The notes under the pieces are model-generated. The model saw only the letters and a list, made by a program, of their open reading frames with translations. It had not been told where the DNA came from and made no database searches. A stretch of DNA of 63,806 nucleotides, counting the filler. It is 8 parts of 8 records of this genome, joined end to end, with 100 filler letters (N's around TTAATTAATTAA, not from the genome) between each part and the next. Parts side by side here need not be neighbours in the genome. Positions count along the whole stretch, not along the records: positions 8,264 to 15,111 come from SRR31147125_97367; positions 15,212 to 25,030 come from SRR31147125_97407; 6 more parts are not named here. One strand, 5' to 3'. Numbering within the stretch: the stretch's first letter is position 1; the number at the start of each line of letters is the position of its first letter. The translations under genes were made by a program, and so were the position numbers. Shown here piece after piece: positions 8,769-21,200 of the stretch.

Positions 8769-11700
8769 TCATGTATTGGGTCTGAAATCACCCAGGATAG
8801 CATACAACGACGGCACCACCAACAGCACCAGCACAGTTGAGGCCAGAAGCCCGAACACGATGGAGGTGGCCAGCGGAATCAGAATCTGCGCCTGCATGCT
8901 CTGCTCGGCCAACAGCGGCAACAATCCCATGATGGTGGTCACGGAGGTGAGCAGCACCGCCCGGAATCGCTCCCGGCTGGCAAACGTGGCAGCGGTCACT
9001 GCATCTTCTCCTCGCTCCATGTGGATTTTGATGAAATTCACCAACAAAATGGAGTCGTTCACCACAATCCCCGCCAGAGACACAAACCCCATGATGCTGG
9101 GCATGGAGAGGGTCAACCCCATGAAGATGTGCCCCCACACCACGCCGATGAATGCAAAAGGAATGGTGATCATCACCACCATGGGTTCGATGTAGGATTT
9201 GAACTGAAAGCTCAGGATGCAGAACACGCCGAAAATACCGATCAAAAGCGCCTTTAACATCCCCCCCATGGATTCCCTGGTCTCCTTGGCTTCCCCTTCG
9301 GTAAGGACCGTCACACCTGGAAATTGTTCATGAAGTTCCGGCAGAAATCGTTGCTTCGTGTCGGTGATGATCTGGGCGGCATTGGCAAACCGGGTATCCA
9401 CATCACCGGTGACGGTGACCGTCCGCAGGGCATCGATTCGGTTGATGCCGGCATAGCCCCGGCTCTCTTCCAGGGTGGCCACGGCAGCCAGCGGTACCTT
9501 TTCCCCATTGGGCCCCAGAACACGGAAGTTTTCCAACGAAGAGACACTGTTTCGATCTGCCTTGGCAATGCGCACATTCACCTCGTAGGACTCATCTCCC
9601 ACCAGAATGTCGCTGGCGGTACTGCCGTAAAAGGCCGCTCGAAGCTGAGAGGCGATACTCCGGGCATTGAATCCTCTGGCTCTTGCCCCGGGTTTTAGTC
9701 GGACTTGAATTTCCGGTTTTCCCGGTCTCAAGTCATCTGAGAGATCCATCACCCCGTCATAGGCATAGAGCCAGTTGATCAGCCGGGTGGAGGCGAGCTT
9801 CAGATCATCGAAATTATCGCCCTGAAGCCGAATTTCAATGGGAAGCCCTCCCGGTCCGATACTCGGTTCTTTATAGGCGATGTTGATGCAGTCGGGCACA
9901 TCCCCCACCAGCTCCCGCCAGCGGGCTTTCACCTCGTCAAGCACCGTGGTGCGCTCTTCGGCGCTCAAAAGGTCCAAGGAGACCGTGGCCACATGGGGGC
10001 CGCTCTCTCCGGCATCGGCATTGGTATTGAAGATGGCGGAGATATTCTGAATGAGATCCACTCCACCGGGCTGTTTCGACGTTTCCTCCCGATTGATCTG
10101 CTGTGCCGCCTTCACGATGCGATCCACCACCTGTTCGGTGCGGGTCAGAGGCGTCCCCTGGGGAAGCAGAATCCGGGCCATGAGCACATCGCCGTCAGTG
10201 TCCGGGAATGCTTTGATCTTGAGATGGCCCCCGGCGATCATGGCGATGGAGAGGATAAAGACAAAGATGACCATCCCCGAAAAGAGATATCGCCAATTCA
10301 CCACTAGGTCCACAACACGCCCCAGCACCCGTTCCCGGATCCGGATGATCACCGTGTCCATCATCCGGCTGAAGCGCCCTTTGGAGAGGCCGCCGGTCTG
10401 GCCGCCCTGCCCTTCCCTATTTTCTTTATCCCTGTGGCTGAGGGAGTGATAAAGATGGTTGGGCAGAATGCAAAAGGCCTCCACCAGACTGACCGACAGG
10501 GTGAGGATCAGCACCACGGGAATGGCGTAAAGCACCTTACCGATGTCTCCGCTCATGGAGAGAGCCAGTGCACCGAAGATGAAAAGCGTGGTCAAATAGG
10601 ATGAAAAAATACCGGCAGCCACTTCATTGATGCCGTCCACCACGGCATCGAAGGCTTTTTTTCCTTTTTCCAGATGAGCCGCAATGTTTTCTGCAATGAC
10701 GATGGCATCATCCATCAGAAGTCCCAGACCGATGAGAAGCCCGACCATGGAGAGCATGTTGAGGGAGAAATCGATCTGTTTCATGAAAAAGAAGGTGAGA
10801 AAGAATGAGACCGGCAGCCCCATGGTGACCCAGAAAGAGAAGCGAAACGGAAAGAAACAGAGCAACGCGATAAAAACGAGAATGAGCCCTTCGATGCCGT
10901 TCATGGTGAGCATTTCCAGACGATCCCGGACCACCTTGGAGATATTTTGGGTAATGACGAATGAGACATCCGGAGGGGCCTGGAGCCGCTCTTTCTCGAG
11001 AAATTCTTTGACCGCCTCCAGGATCCGCAGGGCATCCTCAGCCTTTGTCTTGTTGATCTGGAGCATTCCGGCCCGTTTCCCATTGAAGTAGATTTTGTTC
11101 TCTTCATCGATATATTGATCGGAGATTCGGGCAATGTCTCCCAACCGGACTTCGGCGCCGTCTTTTCCCGATGCGATCACCAGCTTTTCCAGCTCCCGCA
11201 TACTGCGGCGTTCTTCGGCAAAGCGGATCAGAATGTTATTCTCCCTTGTCTCCAGACTTCCCAACGGCATGTCCAGACTTTGGGCCGTGATGATGGATTG
11301 AATGTCGGAGATGGAGAGCCCCAGGCGCATCATCTGATAGAAGGGAATTTCAATGAGAAATTCGTGATCGGAAAAGCCGAGCAGCTCTACCTGAGAGACG
11401 AGATCCAGTTGCTTCAAGCGATCTTTCAGGGATTCGCAGTAGAGTTTGAGATGAAGATCGCTCATGGGGCCGGTGACCGCCACGGAGACCACCTGATCGG
11501 TACGGTTGATGCGCTTGATGATCAGATCTTCCACCTCATCGGGAAAATCGCTGACGGCCTCCACATCGGTCTTGATGTCGTTGAAGAACTCCATCACATC
11601 TTCACCTTCCACCATCTCCACCACCACGGTGGCTTGGTTTTCCCGGGCCGTACTCTCGATGCGGTCGATATGGTTCACCTCTTCCAGGGCATCCTCGATG

Positions 11701-11909
11701 CGGCGACATACCGCCGACTCCACATCTTCAGCCGTGGCACCGGGATAAACGGCCGATATCTGTACGGCATCCACGGAGAAGTCCGGGAAGGTCTCCCGAC
11801 GGAGATCTTTTACCGTCATGATACCCAGGGCAATGAAGAGCAGCATCAAGAGATTGGATGCCGTGGGATGGCCGCAAAGATAGGCAATGCCGTTTTTGAT
11901 GCTTGTCAT
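8769..11909 (-). CDS. RND efflux permease (AcrB/AcrD/AcrF family)
   Basis: 1046 aa; GLLMDDAIVIAENI, GIVVNDSIL and RFRAVLLTSVTT motifs. Confidence 0.95.
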   Translation of the reverse strand: MTSIKNGIAYLCGHPTASNLLMLLFIALGIMTVKDLRRETFPDFSVDAVQISAVYPGATAEDVESAVCRRIEDALEEVNHIDRIESTARENQATVVVEMVEGEDVMEFFNDIKTDVEAVSDFPDEVEDLIIKRINRTDQVVSVAVTGPMSDLHLKLYCESLKDRLKQLDLVSQVELLGFSDHEFLIEIPFYQMMRLGLSISDIQSIITAQSLDMPLGSLETRENNILIRFAEERRSMRELEKLVIASGKDGAEVRLGDIARISDQYIDEENKIYFNGKRAGMLQINKTKAEDALRILEAVKEFLEKERLQAPPDVSFVITQNISKVVRDRLEMLTMNGIEGLILVFIALLCFFPFRFSFWVTMGLPVSFFLTFFFMKQIDFSLNMLSMVGLLIGLGLLMDDAIVIAENIAAHLEKGKKAFDAVVDGINEVAAGIFSSYLTTLFIFGALALSMSGDIGKVLYAIPVVLILTLSVSLVEAFCILPNHLYHSLSHRDKENREGQGGQTGGLSKGRFSRMMDTVIIRIRERVLGRVVDLVVNWRYLFSGMVIFVFILSIAMIAGGHLKIKAFPDTDGDVLMARILLPQGTPLTRTEQVVDRIVKAAQQINREETSKQPGGVDLIQNISAIFNTNADAGESGPHVATVSLDLLSAEERTTVLDEVKARWRELVGDVPDCINIAYKEPSIGPGGLPIEIRLQGDNFDDLKLASTRLINWLYAYDGVMDLSDDLRPGKPEIQVRLKPGARARGFNARSIASQLRAAFYGSTASDILVGDESYEVNVRIAKADRNSVSSLENFRVLGPNGEKVPLAAVATLEESRGYAGINRIDALRTVTVTGDVDTRFANAAQIITDTKQRFLPELHEQFPGVTVLTEGEAKETRESMGGMLKALLIGIFGVFCILSFQFKSYIEPMVVMITIPFAFIGVVWGHIFMGLTLSMPSIMGFVSLAGIVVNDSILLVNFIKIHMERGEDAVTAATFASRERFRAVLLTSVTTIMGLLPLLAEQSMQAQILIPLATSIVFGLLASTVLVLLVVPSLYAILGDFRPNT

Positions 11910-11911
11910 CT

Positions 11912-13390
11912 TCAGCTCTCCTCCATTTCCGTACGATGGGTGGCCGCATCTTGGAGACGCTTGGCCGTTTCATCATCCTGCACCGGTTTTAGAAGCATTC
12001 CTTCAATGGCCGGCACAAGATCGGTCAGTATCAGCCTCTCACCGGGCTCGACAATCGTTCCGGTAGCTCCGGTACCGTCATTGCGACCGATTGCGTCGGT
12101 TTCTCCGTCAAAGGATTTAGAACCGTTGCGTTGCCCCGCCCCTGAATCGGAATTCGATCCCGGATCCAGGATCGCCAGATCTTCCATGATCCAGGCGATC
12201 CTCACCGGCTTGATCTTCAAGCGATTGTCCTTTCCGGCAATATAGATGCGCCCCTCATGAACGGCGGTGGCCGGTACGACAATCTGATCCGACAGCATGC
12301 GTCCCCTCAGCTCCACCTCCACGTACATATTGGTAAGAAGGGGCGGGCGTTTTCCGGGGATGACATTGCCGTAGGGCTCGTCCACTGTCACGTAAATGGT
12401 GACGGCCCCGGTGGTCATGTCCATGGATTCGCTGGTGCGGGAGAAACGCCCTTCCCACGTGACCACATTGTAGTTGATGGGAAGCCGAAGCAGGGCCGTG
12501 ATGCCGATGGCTTTTCTCAGGGTCTCCATGTTCATCTCTCCAATCAAGACGGCGCGGGACATCCTGGGGAGCAGGGTCATGAAGGTGCTGGGGGGAAGTT
12601 GCACCGGAACTTCGGCACTGTGGATACTCTCGGCTTTGAGAAGCAAGCTGCCCACAGCCGCGTATTGATTGAGCTCGACATTGACTTCGGAGAGGCGGCA
12701 GTCAAAAGGGGCGATGATTTCGGTCTTTGCCACATCCAGCTGACGCTCCGTCACGGTGAGTTCGCCGGAGTCCTTCTGTGCCAGAAGGGCGCGTCGCTGG
12801 GCCGGGATGAGGTTCAGGGTGTTTTGCAGATTGTTGACCGTGGTTTGTTGTGAGAGAAACTGCTTTTCTTCGCTCTCCACTTCCGATTCCGAGAGATATC
12901 CCTTGTGGAAAAGTCCCCGTTTTCGTTTCAGTTCCTGAGCGGAAATATCCAGGGATTTCTTTTCGATCTCAAGTAGGCGTCGGGTGTTGGCCCTGGATTG
13001 CTCCAGCTCCTTGAGCTGGGCATCGATACTCATCACATCGGCCCGTCCTTTTGACTCGGCAAGGCCGTAGGTCGCCGTGTCGATGCGAAGCAGACGCGCC
13101 CCTTTTTTGAAGAAGTGGCCTCTTTTGAGGCTGTTGTGAACCTCCACCACTTTACCGCTCACCTCGGAGATGGCCTCCCAGGTTTGTGACGGCTCCACAT
13201 AGCCATAAGTGATGACTCGGGGGATCAGGTCGATTTTCTCAAGGGGGATGACCCGAACGGTATGCATTCGCTCTTTGGCTTCTAAACGAACCGGGGCCTG
13301 CTTATTCTTTTTCATCTGGGCAAAGAGCATCACCCCGCATATAATCGGGACAATGATCAGCAGTTTTTTCAAAATCCCTGCACGTTTCAT
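11912..13390 (-). CDS. RND periplasmic adaptor (membrane fusion protein)
   Basis: N-terminal TM, lipoyl halves (SEVSGKV; IIAPFDC), long coiled coil; lies between tolC and the RND gene. Confidence 0.9.
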   Translation of the reverse strand: MKRAGILKKLLIIVPIICGVMLFAQMKKNKQAPVRLEAKERMHTVRVIPLEKIDLIPRVITYGYVEPSQTWEAISEVSGKVVEVHNSLKRGHFFKKGARLLRIDTATYGLAESKGRADVMSIDAQLKELEQSRANTRRLLEIEKKSLDISAQELKRKRGLFHKGYLSESEVESEEKQFLSQQTTVNNLQNTLNLIPAQRRALLAQKDSGELTVTERQLDVAKTEIIAPFDCRLSEVNVELNQYAAVGSLLLKAESIHSAEVPVQLPPSTFMTLLPRMSRAVLIGEMNMETLRKAIGITALLRLPINYNVVTWEGRFSRTSESMDMTTGAVTIYVTVDEPYGNVIPGKRPPLLTNMYVEVELRGRMLSDQIVVPATAVHEGRIYIAGKDNRLKIKPVRIAWIMEDLAILDPGSNSDSGAGQRNGSKSFDGETDAIGRNDGTGATGTIVEPGERLILTDLVPAIEGMLLKPVQDDETAKRLQDAATHRTEMEES

Positions 13391-13418
13391 TTGACCACCT
13401 TCGATTTCAATCTGTTTT

Positions 13419-14945
13419 TTATTTATCGACCATTGATGTCGACGTCAATTCAATGTCGTTGACTTCCAAGGTATTTCCCACGGCCTGATGGAGCGAGATC
13501 AAAGCGGTCTGGCAGGCAATGAGGGCATCCACCTCCCGCACTCTGGCATCGGTGAGATCCCGCTGATAGAGCAGCACGTTGTAGCTGGTGGACAGTCCGT
13601 TTCTGAACTTCACCTGCTCGGCATCCAAGGACTCTTCGGCATAGGTGCTGGCGGTCTGTGCCGTCTCATAGCTCTTGACCGCCGCCTTTAAATCCCGAAG
13701 GGCCGTTCTCACATCGAGGACGATTTGTGAACGGACAGCATCCCGGCTGATCTCTCGTTGTCGTTTGGAGAGCCTTGCCGCGGCAAGGTTTGCCTTCTCT
13801 CCCCTAAATCCCCATGGAAATTTCAAGGTGAGGCCCACAGAGCCGTAATAGTAGTTTTCCAAATCTCCGGCATAGGTCTCGTCGTTATCGGGGTGGCCGT
13901 CGTTAATGCCCACCGCCGCCTCCACCGTCAGATCCGGTTTTGTCTGATTCTCGTAATAAACCACATCCACGTCAGCCGATTCAATATCAATACCGGCAGT
14001 CTGATGATCGGTGCGAAGGGTCAATGCCTGATCGATCAATTGCGCCTCATCAAACATCTCTTTGCCCATGGAGGGAACGGCAGGCAGCGTCTCACAGGAA
14101 ACCGTCGTCCCCGGCTTTGCCTCTCCGTAAATGTAGTTGAGCAGGGTATCTGCGGTGTTGTGTACGTCATTTTGCGCCGTGATGATTTCCGCCTCCCGAG
14201 ACGCCACCTCCGATCGCGCCTGAAGGATGTCCAGACGGGCGGCACTGCCCATTCTCACCTTCTCTTCCACCTCTTTGATGAAACGCCGGGCAAGGGCCAA
14301 CGATTTTTCATATACGGTCAGGGATTCCAGAGCGCTGTAGTAACTCCAGTAGAGGGTCTGGGCCTGGGCAATGGTATCCATTACCGACTGGGTCAGCTCG
14401 ATTTCCGATTTTTGGAATTGATGCGCCGCCAGGGTTACATTCCGAAGATTCACCTCCCGACCTTTGTTTTTCATCAACGGATGGCTGACGGAAGCCGTGG
14501 TCTGCACATAGCTGCCGCCGACATCACCGCTTGAGTCGGTTTCGGAATCGCTTTCTGCTGCCGTAAGGCTGACGGAAAAGGATGTGCCGGTTTCCATCTT
14601 CTTGGTGACGGATGCTTCGGTAGCCAATTGCAGGGTGCTGCTGTCATCGGGTTCATCCCAACTTTCCTGATCTTTGGTGGTTCCCGACACGGAGATTTGA
14701 GGATCGAACGCTGAAGCGGCTGTGTGGATGCTCTCCTTTGCCGTCAACGGTGTCAGGCGGGAGACCTTCAGCGCATGATTGTTCGCCAGGGCCGCACGCA
14801 TCACCGTCTGAAGATCCAACTTCAGTGCGTCTTGGGCTTGGGATTCCGATGCAGTGGAGGGAATGGGGGATAAAGTGATTAAGAAGAGTGATGCTCCAAT
14901 GAGCGCTGGTGTGATAAAATTGAGTTTGAACTGCCTTTTCTTCAT
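13419..14945 (-). CDS. TolC-family outer membrane efflux protein
   Basis: Signal peptide, ALANNHAL, KFRNGLSTSYNVL, helical repeats; heads the RND operon. Confidence 0.9.
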   Translation of the reverse strand: MKKRQFKLNFITPALIGASLFLITLSPIPSTASESQAQDALKLDLQTVMRAALANNHALKVSRLTPLTAKESIHTAASAFDPQISVSGTTKDQESWDEPDDSSTLQLATEASVTKKMETGTSFSVSLTAAESDSETDSSGDVGGSYVQTTASVSHPLMKNKGREVNLRNVTLAAHQFQKSEIELTQSVMDTIAQAQTLYWSYYSALESLTVYEKSLALARRFIKEVEEKVRMGSAARLDILQARSEVASREAEIITAQNDVHNTADTLLNYIYGEAKPGTTVSCETLPAVPSMGKEMFDEAQLIDQALTLRTDHQTAGIDIESADVDVVYYENQTKPDLTVEAAVGINDGHPDNDETYAGDLENYYYGSVGLTLKFPWGFRGEKANLAAARLSKRQREISRDAVRSQIVLDVRTALRDLKAAVKSYETAQTASTYAEESLDAEQVKFRNGLSTSYNVLLYQRDLTDARVREVDALIACQTALISLHQAVGNTLEVNDIELTSTSMVDK

Positions 14946-15259
14946 CGTATGCCATCCATTTTATTGATTTTTTAAAAATGTTTAAACACCGAAAAAATGC
15001 CATTGATCTGCCCCCTTCACATATCCTCAAACCGATTTTTCTGCAATGGCTTTATGGGAGATAACCAATTTTTACTTTGACCAAGTCGTATGCCCTTCTC
15101 TTCTCATTTTTNNNNNNNNNNNNNNNNNNNNNNNNNNNNNNNNNNNNNNNNNNNNTTAATTAATTAANNNNNNNNNNNNNNNNNNNNNNNNNNNNNNNNN
15201 NNNNNNNNNNNAAAAAAAAGGCGTCACACACCACCATCAAGAAACATGGCAAGGCCACA

Positions 15260-18200
15260 CACCACAAATGAAGCAGCGGTTGGCAATATCGTCTTCAATG
15301 CTTTGCTTCTTCTCTCGCAGTTCTTTGGAACCGACTCTGTGTCAAGATACTTCCCATCCATGCGGCAAGAGACGTACCGGCAAAACTGTCAATAATGATT
15401 CCAAAGATGATCTAAGGCAATGGAATCGATGACTCTTCTTCATATGCACACACACACACACGTACATTCAACAGGATCACGATCACAATGACGAAGAACG
15501 AAAGATCAAACAGGACCCGAACGAAAAAATCGGAATCAGCCCAAGACGCCGGCTGCACAACATCGCCCAAACCACCCCCACTTCGCAGACTGAGAGGCAT
15601 ATGGGATAAGTGATAGAATTCGTGAGCAGGTCCACATCACGCACCCATAGTTCAGTGTATGAACCAAACACATGGGCATGCTTGCACACAGGGGTTCATC
15701 TTCACGCACAAACTTATCTCGAAAGAAAAGAAACGTGGCAATCGAATACAGGTAGATGATAATCACCCCCAGAATTCCCTGTGCCGCGTTTTACATCTTT
15801 CAAACAAGCTGGGAACGAGGCGACGTACCGTGAGAAGGATTGAACGAATGTTACGTGTTACGGATTGAATGACATAGGACAGAATGGGAAAACTGAAAGG
15901 ACGTGGGCCAGGACACTAAACACCCCCTCACACACCGGAACACAACATCCAAGAGAAGAAATGCGAACAGAAAAGGACCACGAGGCCACAGAGTAATCCC
16001 CAGGAAAGCCAGAAGTAGATACAACGTATTGAAAAGGATAACGCGTTTGCGAATCAGGAAGACAAAGGACCACAGGAAAAAGGATAAGTTGTGCGGGATG
16101 TCTTGAAAGGGCCGCTGACAGTTCCCTCGCCCTCATCAGAATCCATGAATGGACTCTTTCACGCGTACATTGACATGCTTGCGCCACTCTCGTCGCAAGA
16201 GTAAAGGACCAAAGGTTACAAGATACAGGAGAAGGCTGATGCATGTTGTAAGGGCTTGGACACTTCCCAACAGGATGATAGCAATGCGTGTTCCCACAGG
16301 TACATCGGGCATCTCCATGGCGTGTGTGTCACTGGGCACACAACCATCAAAACGAGCGCATGGGAAGGAGATAACGCACGGATTCGTCACAAAGGAACAC
16401 AAAAGGAGGACGTTAATGGATACGACAAGAAGAAGGGAGGCATTCTTGATAATTGTCTCATTTTCGGTCAGGGAACGAAGCCACTGGGCAGACCTCAGTC
16501 AAGCAGGAGGCGGACAACCACGTAAGACAGCAGCGTACTTTGTGCTTGTGGACGCGTTTTTGATGAAGCATTTCGTTCATCAACTGTTCATTGCGACTGA
16601 AGAAATCCTCTATCTTTGCTTGTTGGCTCTCACGATTCACATCCCACAACAATGATTTCTTTGATTCCTCTGTGAGAAATTGACAGAGGGATGGAATCTG
16701 AAAGTACATCTACAGACAGCGTAACGTGACGTGCAATTGTCCTTGCGTACAACGTACTCGTTCCAATCGTTCACTGCGAACAATCTCGACGCGTCCCACA
16801 TCTCTTGCAAATGCTTCATACAAGGATGAACTCTCCAGAACACCCCGAAGCTGGAGAGGAAGGTGAAAAGAGGATGAATGCAGTAGGATCTCCTCACCTT
16901 GCCCTCAACGTCATAGTCAGAAAGAATGCGGATAAGAAAGAAATGAAGAAACCCAAGTTCCATGGCCGCTTCGCCTTCCTCCAAAAGACTATCAGTGGCT
17001 ACTATGTCGGACAGAGTATGATCCACAATCTCCGTCTTCCCACACATCAGCGACGGCATCAACAAGAAACACACCGGACAACCAACCAAGTTCTTGAAAT
17101 CAAGAGTAGCCACCATCCTTTTCGCAATGTTCGGGTCTGTTGCACCTTCGAGTAGGCTCAAGAGTGTCTTCAGGGCGCTCGACTGGGGCCATATGAGTCA
17201 CTTCCTTACGAAAAGCGAATACCCATCCATGCACCTTCAGACACCGCACGCTATCGGGATTACACTCCGAGAACGAAGTTTGGAGGAGAGAATTGGCACA
17301 TTCACACAATTTCGTCCGCGAGAGAGCCCACTGCATGCATGGTGCACGGTCACGTTCAATCCAGATGAACAGATCACTCTGGGGACAGCACCTGGTTTCC
17401 AACACAAGGACCTGTGTGGAAGAATGCATCATTAGGCAAACTGTGCGACCCAAGCCCAAACGGGTCCCACCTTGACAGTATTCCGTCAGTGTTTCAAAAA
17501 GTTGGATGGCCGTTTCAATGTTATCATCATCAATGTAACGCTCCACGGCTTCCAAATACAGTGTGGTTTTCGTGACAATGTCAAAGCACTTGAGCTGATT
17601 GGTCTGTGCGCGCAAGTAATCCTGAAGAGAGAGGGAAGGGCTGAGAGGTTGAACGAGCGGGAGAGCGAGACACACCTGCCATTGCAAATTGTGCCCCTCA
17701 CATAAAAGTTGAAGGAAGCGAAGAAGATTTTTGATACAACCCAATGCGTGAAGATCACTCATATCATCTTCATGTAGAGCAGCATCTCTGTGACGACAAG
17801 AATTGGTCATCTTAATCACACAGAACCCAGAACCCAGAACCCACGCACAAATGAAGATTGCCTGAGGACTGAAGACGTCGTGCCTTCTCCTGTCGTCGTT
17901 GGAGCAATTGCTTTCGCCCTTGAACCTCAGGGATCGAACGACGAAGGCGGTTGTTTACCTCTTCAAATAACTTCGCGTCTCGTGAGGATTGACACTTTTG
18001 GAGCATCGTACGCTGAGTATCGTGGTGAGGTACATGGTGCGCACACATACTGGTGGCGCACCTGAACTTGCGTGTTCCCGCCCCGTAGCATCTTAATACC
18101 CAGTTTAAGACCACTCGAAACCAGTGGATCTTTCCCAGAGCTGATAAGATGAACAACCTTTATGCCCGTGTGAGCAACAGGATCAAGAGAGATCTGAGAC

Positions 18201-21200
18201 ACGTACAAGTAGTGTCACGCCACTCTCGTCAAGTTGATTCTGCATGGCACACATATCTTTCTTGGGGGTGAGAGGAATAGCCCTCTCGAATATCCCAGCT
18301 ACATGAGTCATCAGTTCAATGTCCGATGTAACAGGGTTCCCTGCACTCCGTGTCAAGAGGAACCCGTCATACAGAAACATACATCAGGAGTTTCACAAGG
18401 GCACTCGTCTGCGGGTTGACTAATGTGCCGATCAGGGCTGTTTCCTCCTCGGGAAGCAAGATGCCCTTGGACCTGGTGGTCGCAATGTCAATGCCACATC
18501 AAACCAAGCCAGCAACGAGCAGCAACGTACACGCGCTTGGCGAAGAACTGTAATCGTCGCATTACCATTTGCCCCAAGGAGGACACAGTTGTGGCGGCAC
18601 GCATCCGCCATCGCATCCGCGGGTGTTGGAGATCCATAGATTCACATTTCTTCAAGATTTCTGCAGACTACACAGAAGCCATCACGAACACTTCCAAACT
18701 CATCAAAACAAACCTTGGACTTGAGTGTGATCCCTTGAATGTGCCGTCGATGCATAGTTTGAATACATCGACCCACTGCAGCCTCTTCTTCAAACGTCAA
18801 ATCGCGGTGTTCAAAGAGGTGCAGTAGACTGTCAAATAGTGCATTGGCAATATCAAGCTGATCCCTGGGCCGTGGAGTCACCATTTCCAGCGATACCACA
18901 ACCACATGCAAACACGCACGAGGTGGTGCGCTCAGGAATGTAGTGACTCTTGAAGAAATGCTCAAAGAAGGGAAGAGACGAACCAAACACAAGGCTCCAC
19001 GTATCCACTACCCCGGATGAGTCCCTGGGAGGAGAGTTGGGCTCAACAATACAGTACAATGTAATACAAACGCCTGCCGTTGCCGAATCGAAGTCCCTGA
19101 TGCGAGTTGAACATCCTTTGTCAACGCAGCAAGGCAGTCCCTTGTGGGGATCGGTTGAGATCATCATGACCGTAAGGCCCTTATAACGTACCACACGTTT
19201 CGATCAATCTCAACGTTCTTGATTTTGCGCTCGGTCTTGAGGTAGGCCTGTCGTCAATGGACTCAGAGGTGGCCTGAAACGGTCCCGAGGCGCGTACCTC
19301 ATGCAAGAAACGTACATATGGAGCCTTGACCAGCGGAATGACGTCGGGGTGGCAGATTGTGCATCGAACGTCGCTGAGGGAGAGCATGGCCTGACACTTG
19401 ATTTCTGCTTCATAGTTTTCACCCCAGCAGCATCGTGCCATTAGATCAATAAGGGTGACATGATAGTTGAGAAGGCCTTCGGGGTTCTTGAGGTGTTCTT
19501 CCTCCTTCATGAGCTCCAGCCTGGTGTTACCCTTACCCTAAGGAGCGCCGCACCACACACCCCACACCCACACACCCCACGCACATACCGTTTTCGAAAG
19601 CCATCCCGATCGTTGAACAGAAGCATGATGCTGTGCTGACGATCTCGCATCATCTTGATGACAATGGATTGATTTCGTCGCAATGGTCGTCCCTCAACGA
19701 ACACCACAGCCTAGAACGAGTGAATCCCAAGAGGCAGAAGGAGGTGACGTGACGAGGCACACCTCCAAAAACCCCAAGAAGCGAGGAAACTGTCCCTTTT
19801 CCACAATGAGATTGACAAAGTGATGAATGTTGTATTCAGTGATCTGGATGGAATTCCTGTGTCGGACGGACTGAAGGGATTGATCAGGAGGAAGGGCCGC
19901 ACCTGGGAACAAAGCTCGAAATTGTCACGAATACATGCAGTAATAGTCTTCGCGGCTTGCAGATTCAACCCTGTCTGATTGATAAAGGACTCCAAATGGG
20001 AAAACATCACAACCTGGTTCTCAGAATTTCCCTCGCAGAACTATGACAATGAATCCATTCCTACTCGCCATCAAACCGAATACATACCCGTTTCAAAAAG
20101 CGTGGGCTTGTGCTAACACTTCAACAAGGGGGCCTTCTCGTGGAACTTCTCCACGGCGCATGAGCAGGCGCAGTCCTCCCATCACAACGCCATGTGCTCC
20201 TAAATTCCTCATGATTCGCTGGTTCTCATTCGAGGGCGTCTTGCCACGGGCATCTAGGAAGAAAGAGAATTCACTCACAGGCGCAGAGGGGTATGCTCAC
20301 GTCACAAACCCTCACAGCACAGATTCTTCAGTTCTATTAGGACACGCCTGGCTTCCTTCAGCTCCTCCTCATTCATAGATACGTGAAAGAGAGTGTGCAG
20401 GCGACGGATGTGGCCAATAACCGTCTCATAGACAGAGACTGCACCAGGCGTCGCGAGAATTTGCACCCTCTTAATCGCTTCGATTAGTTCTCTCCGTTGA
20501 CTGATGGATGTACGCCGTTACGCAACGCGTTCTGTAATGGCGAGGGGCTCACCTGTAATACCGGACGAGAACTCGGAACGCCCTGATCGCAAGAGATGAG
20601 CTTGAGATATCTACAAGGCTTAGAAAGATGGTTTGAAAGTCCCACGAGCTGAAATCAAGCTCGTCCTTGCACAGAACATCGCCGTAGGAATTCGGGGTCA
20701 CTCTATCCAAGTCGATATAGGCGCGGTCGACTCCCTGCTCCTAATGCATACACGGGTGGGTCCTCCTCCTCATTCACACGCACACACGGTTCAGGGGCGT
20801 ACCACAATTCCAAGTTCTCGCTTGAAACGCAACAGAGTTCGAAATAGTCTCGCCTCGAGTTGATGATTAAACAACAGGTGCAAGATCTGACAGATCTCCT
20901 CCTTGCACTCCTTAAGGGCTGCTGGTCAGGGTATCTACTTTTTTTTTCAAACAACACGTTACCATTTCCACAAGCGTCTGGGGACTGGGTTCTCCGCTTC
21001 TGGTTCGCTCACTCAGCCCATCTTGATAGAAAAAAATGTTAGCTTTGTTTGGCAAGCTGGCATCGTTCGCACATAGGCTATTCTGTCGACGAGCGCCGAT
21101 ATGGCCCATCAAGGGTATCAGAAGCTCTTGGAGTTCTTGCACGCCATGAAAGATCCCAAAGGTGATCATTTCACGACAAAGATTCAGAATCCCAAGGGTA

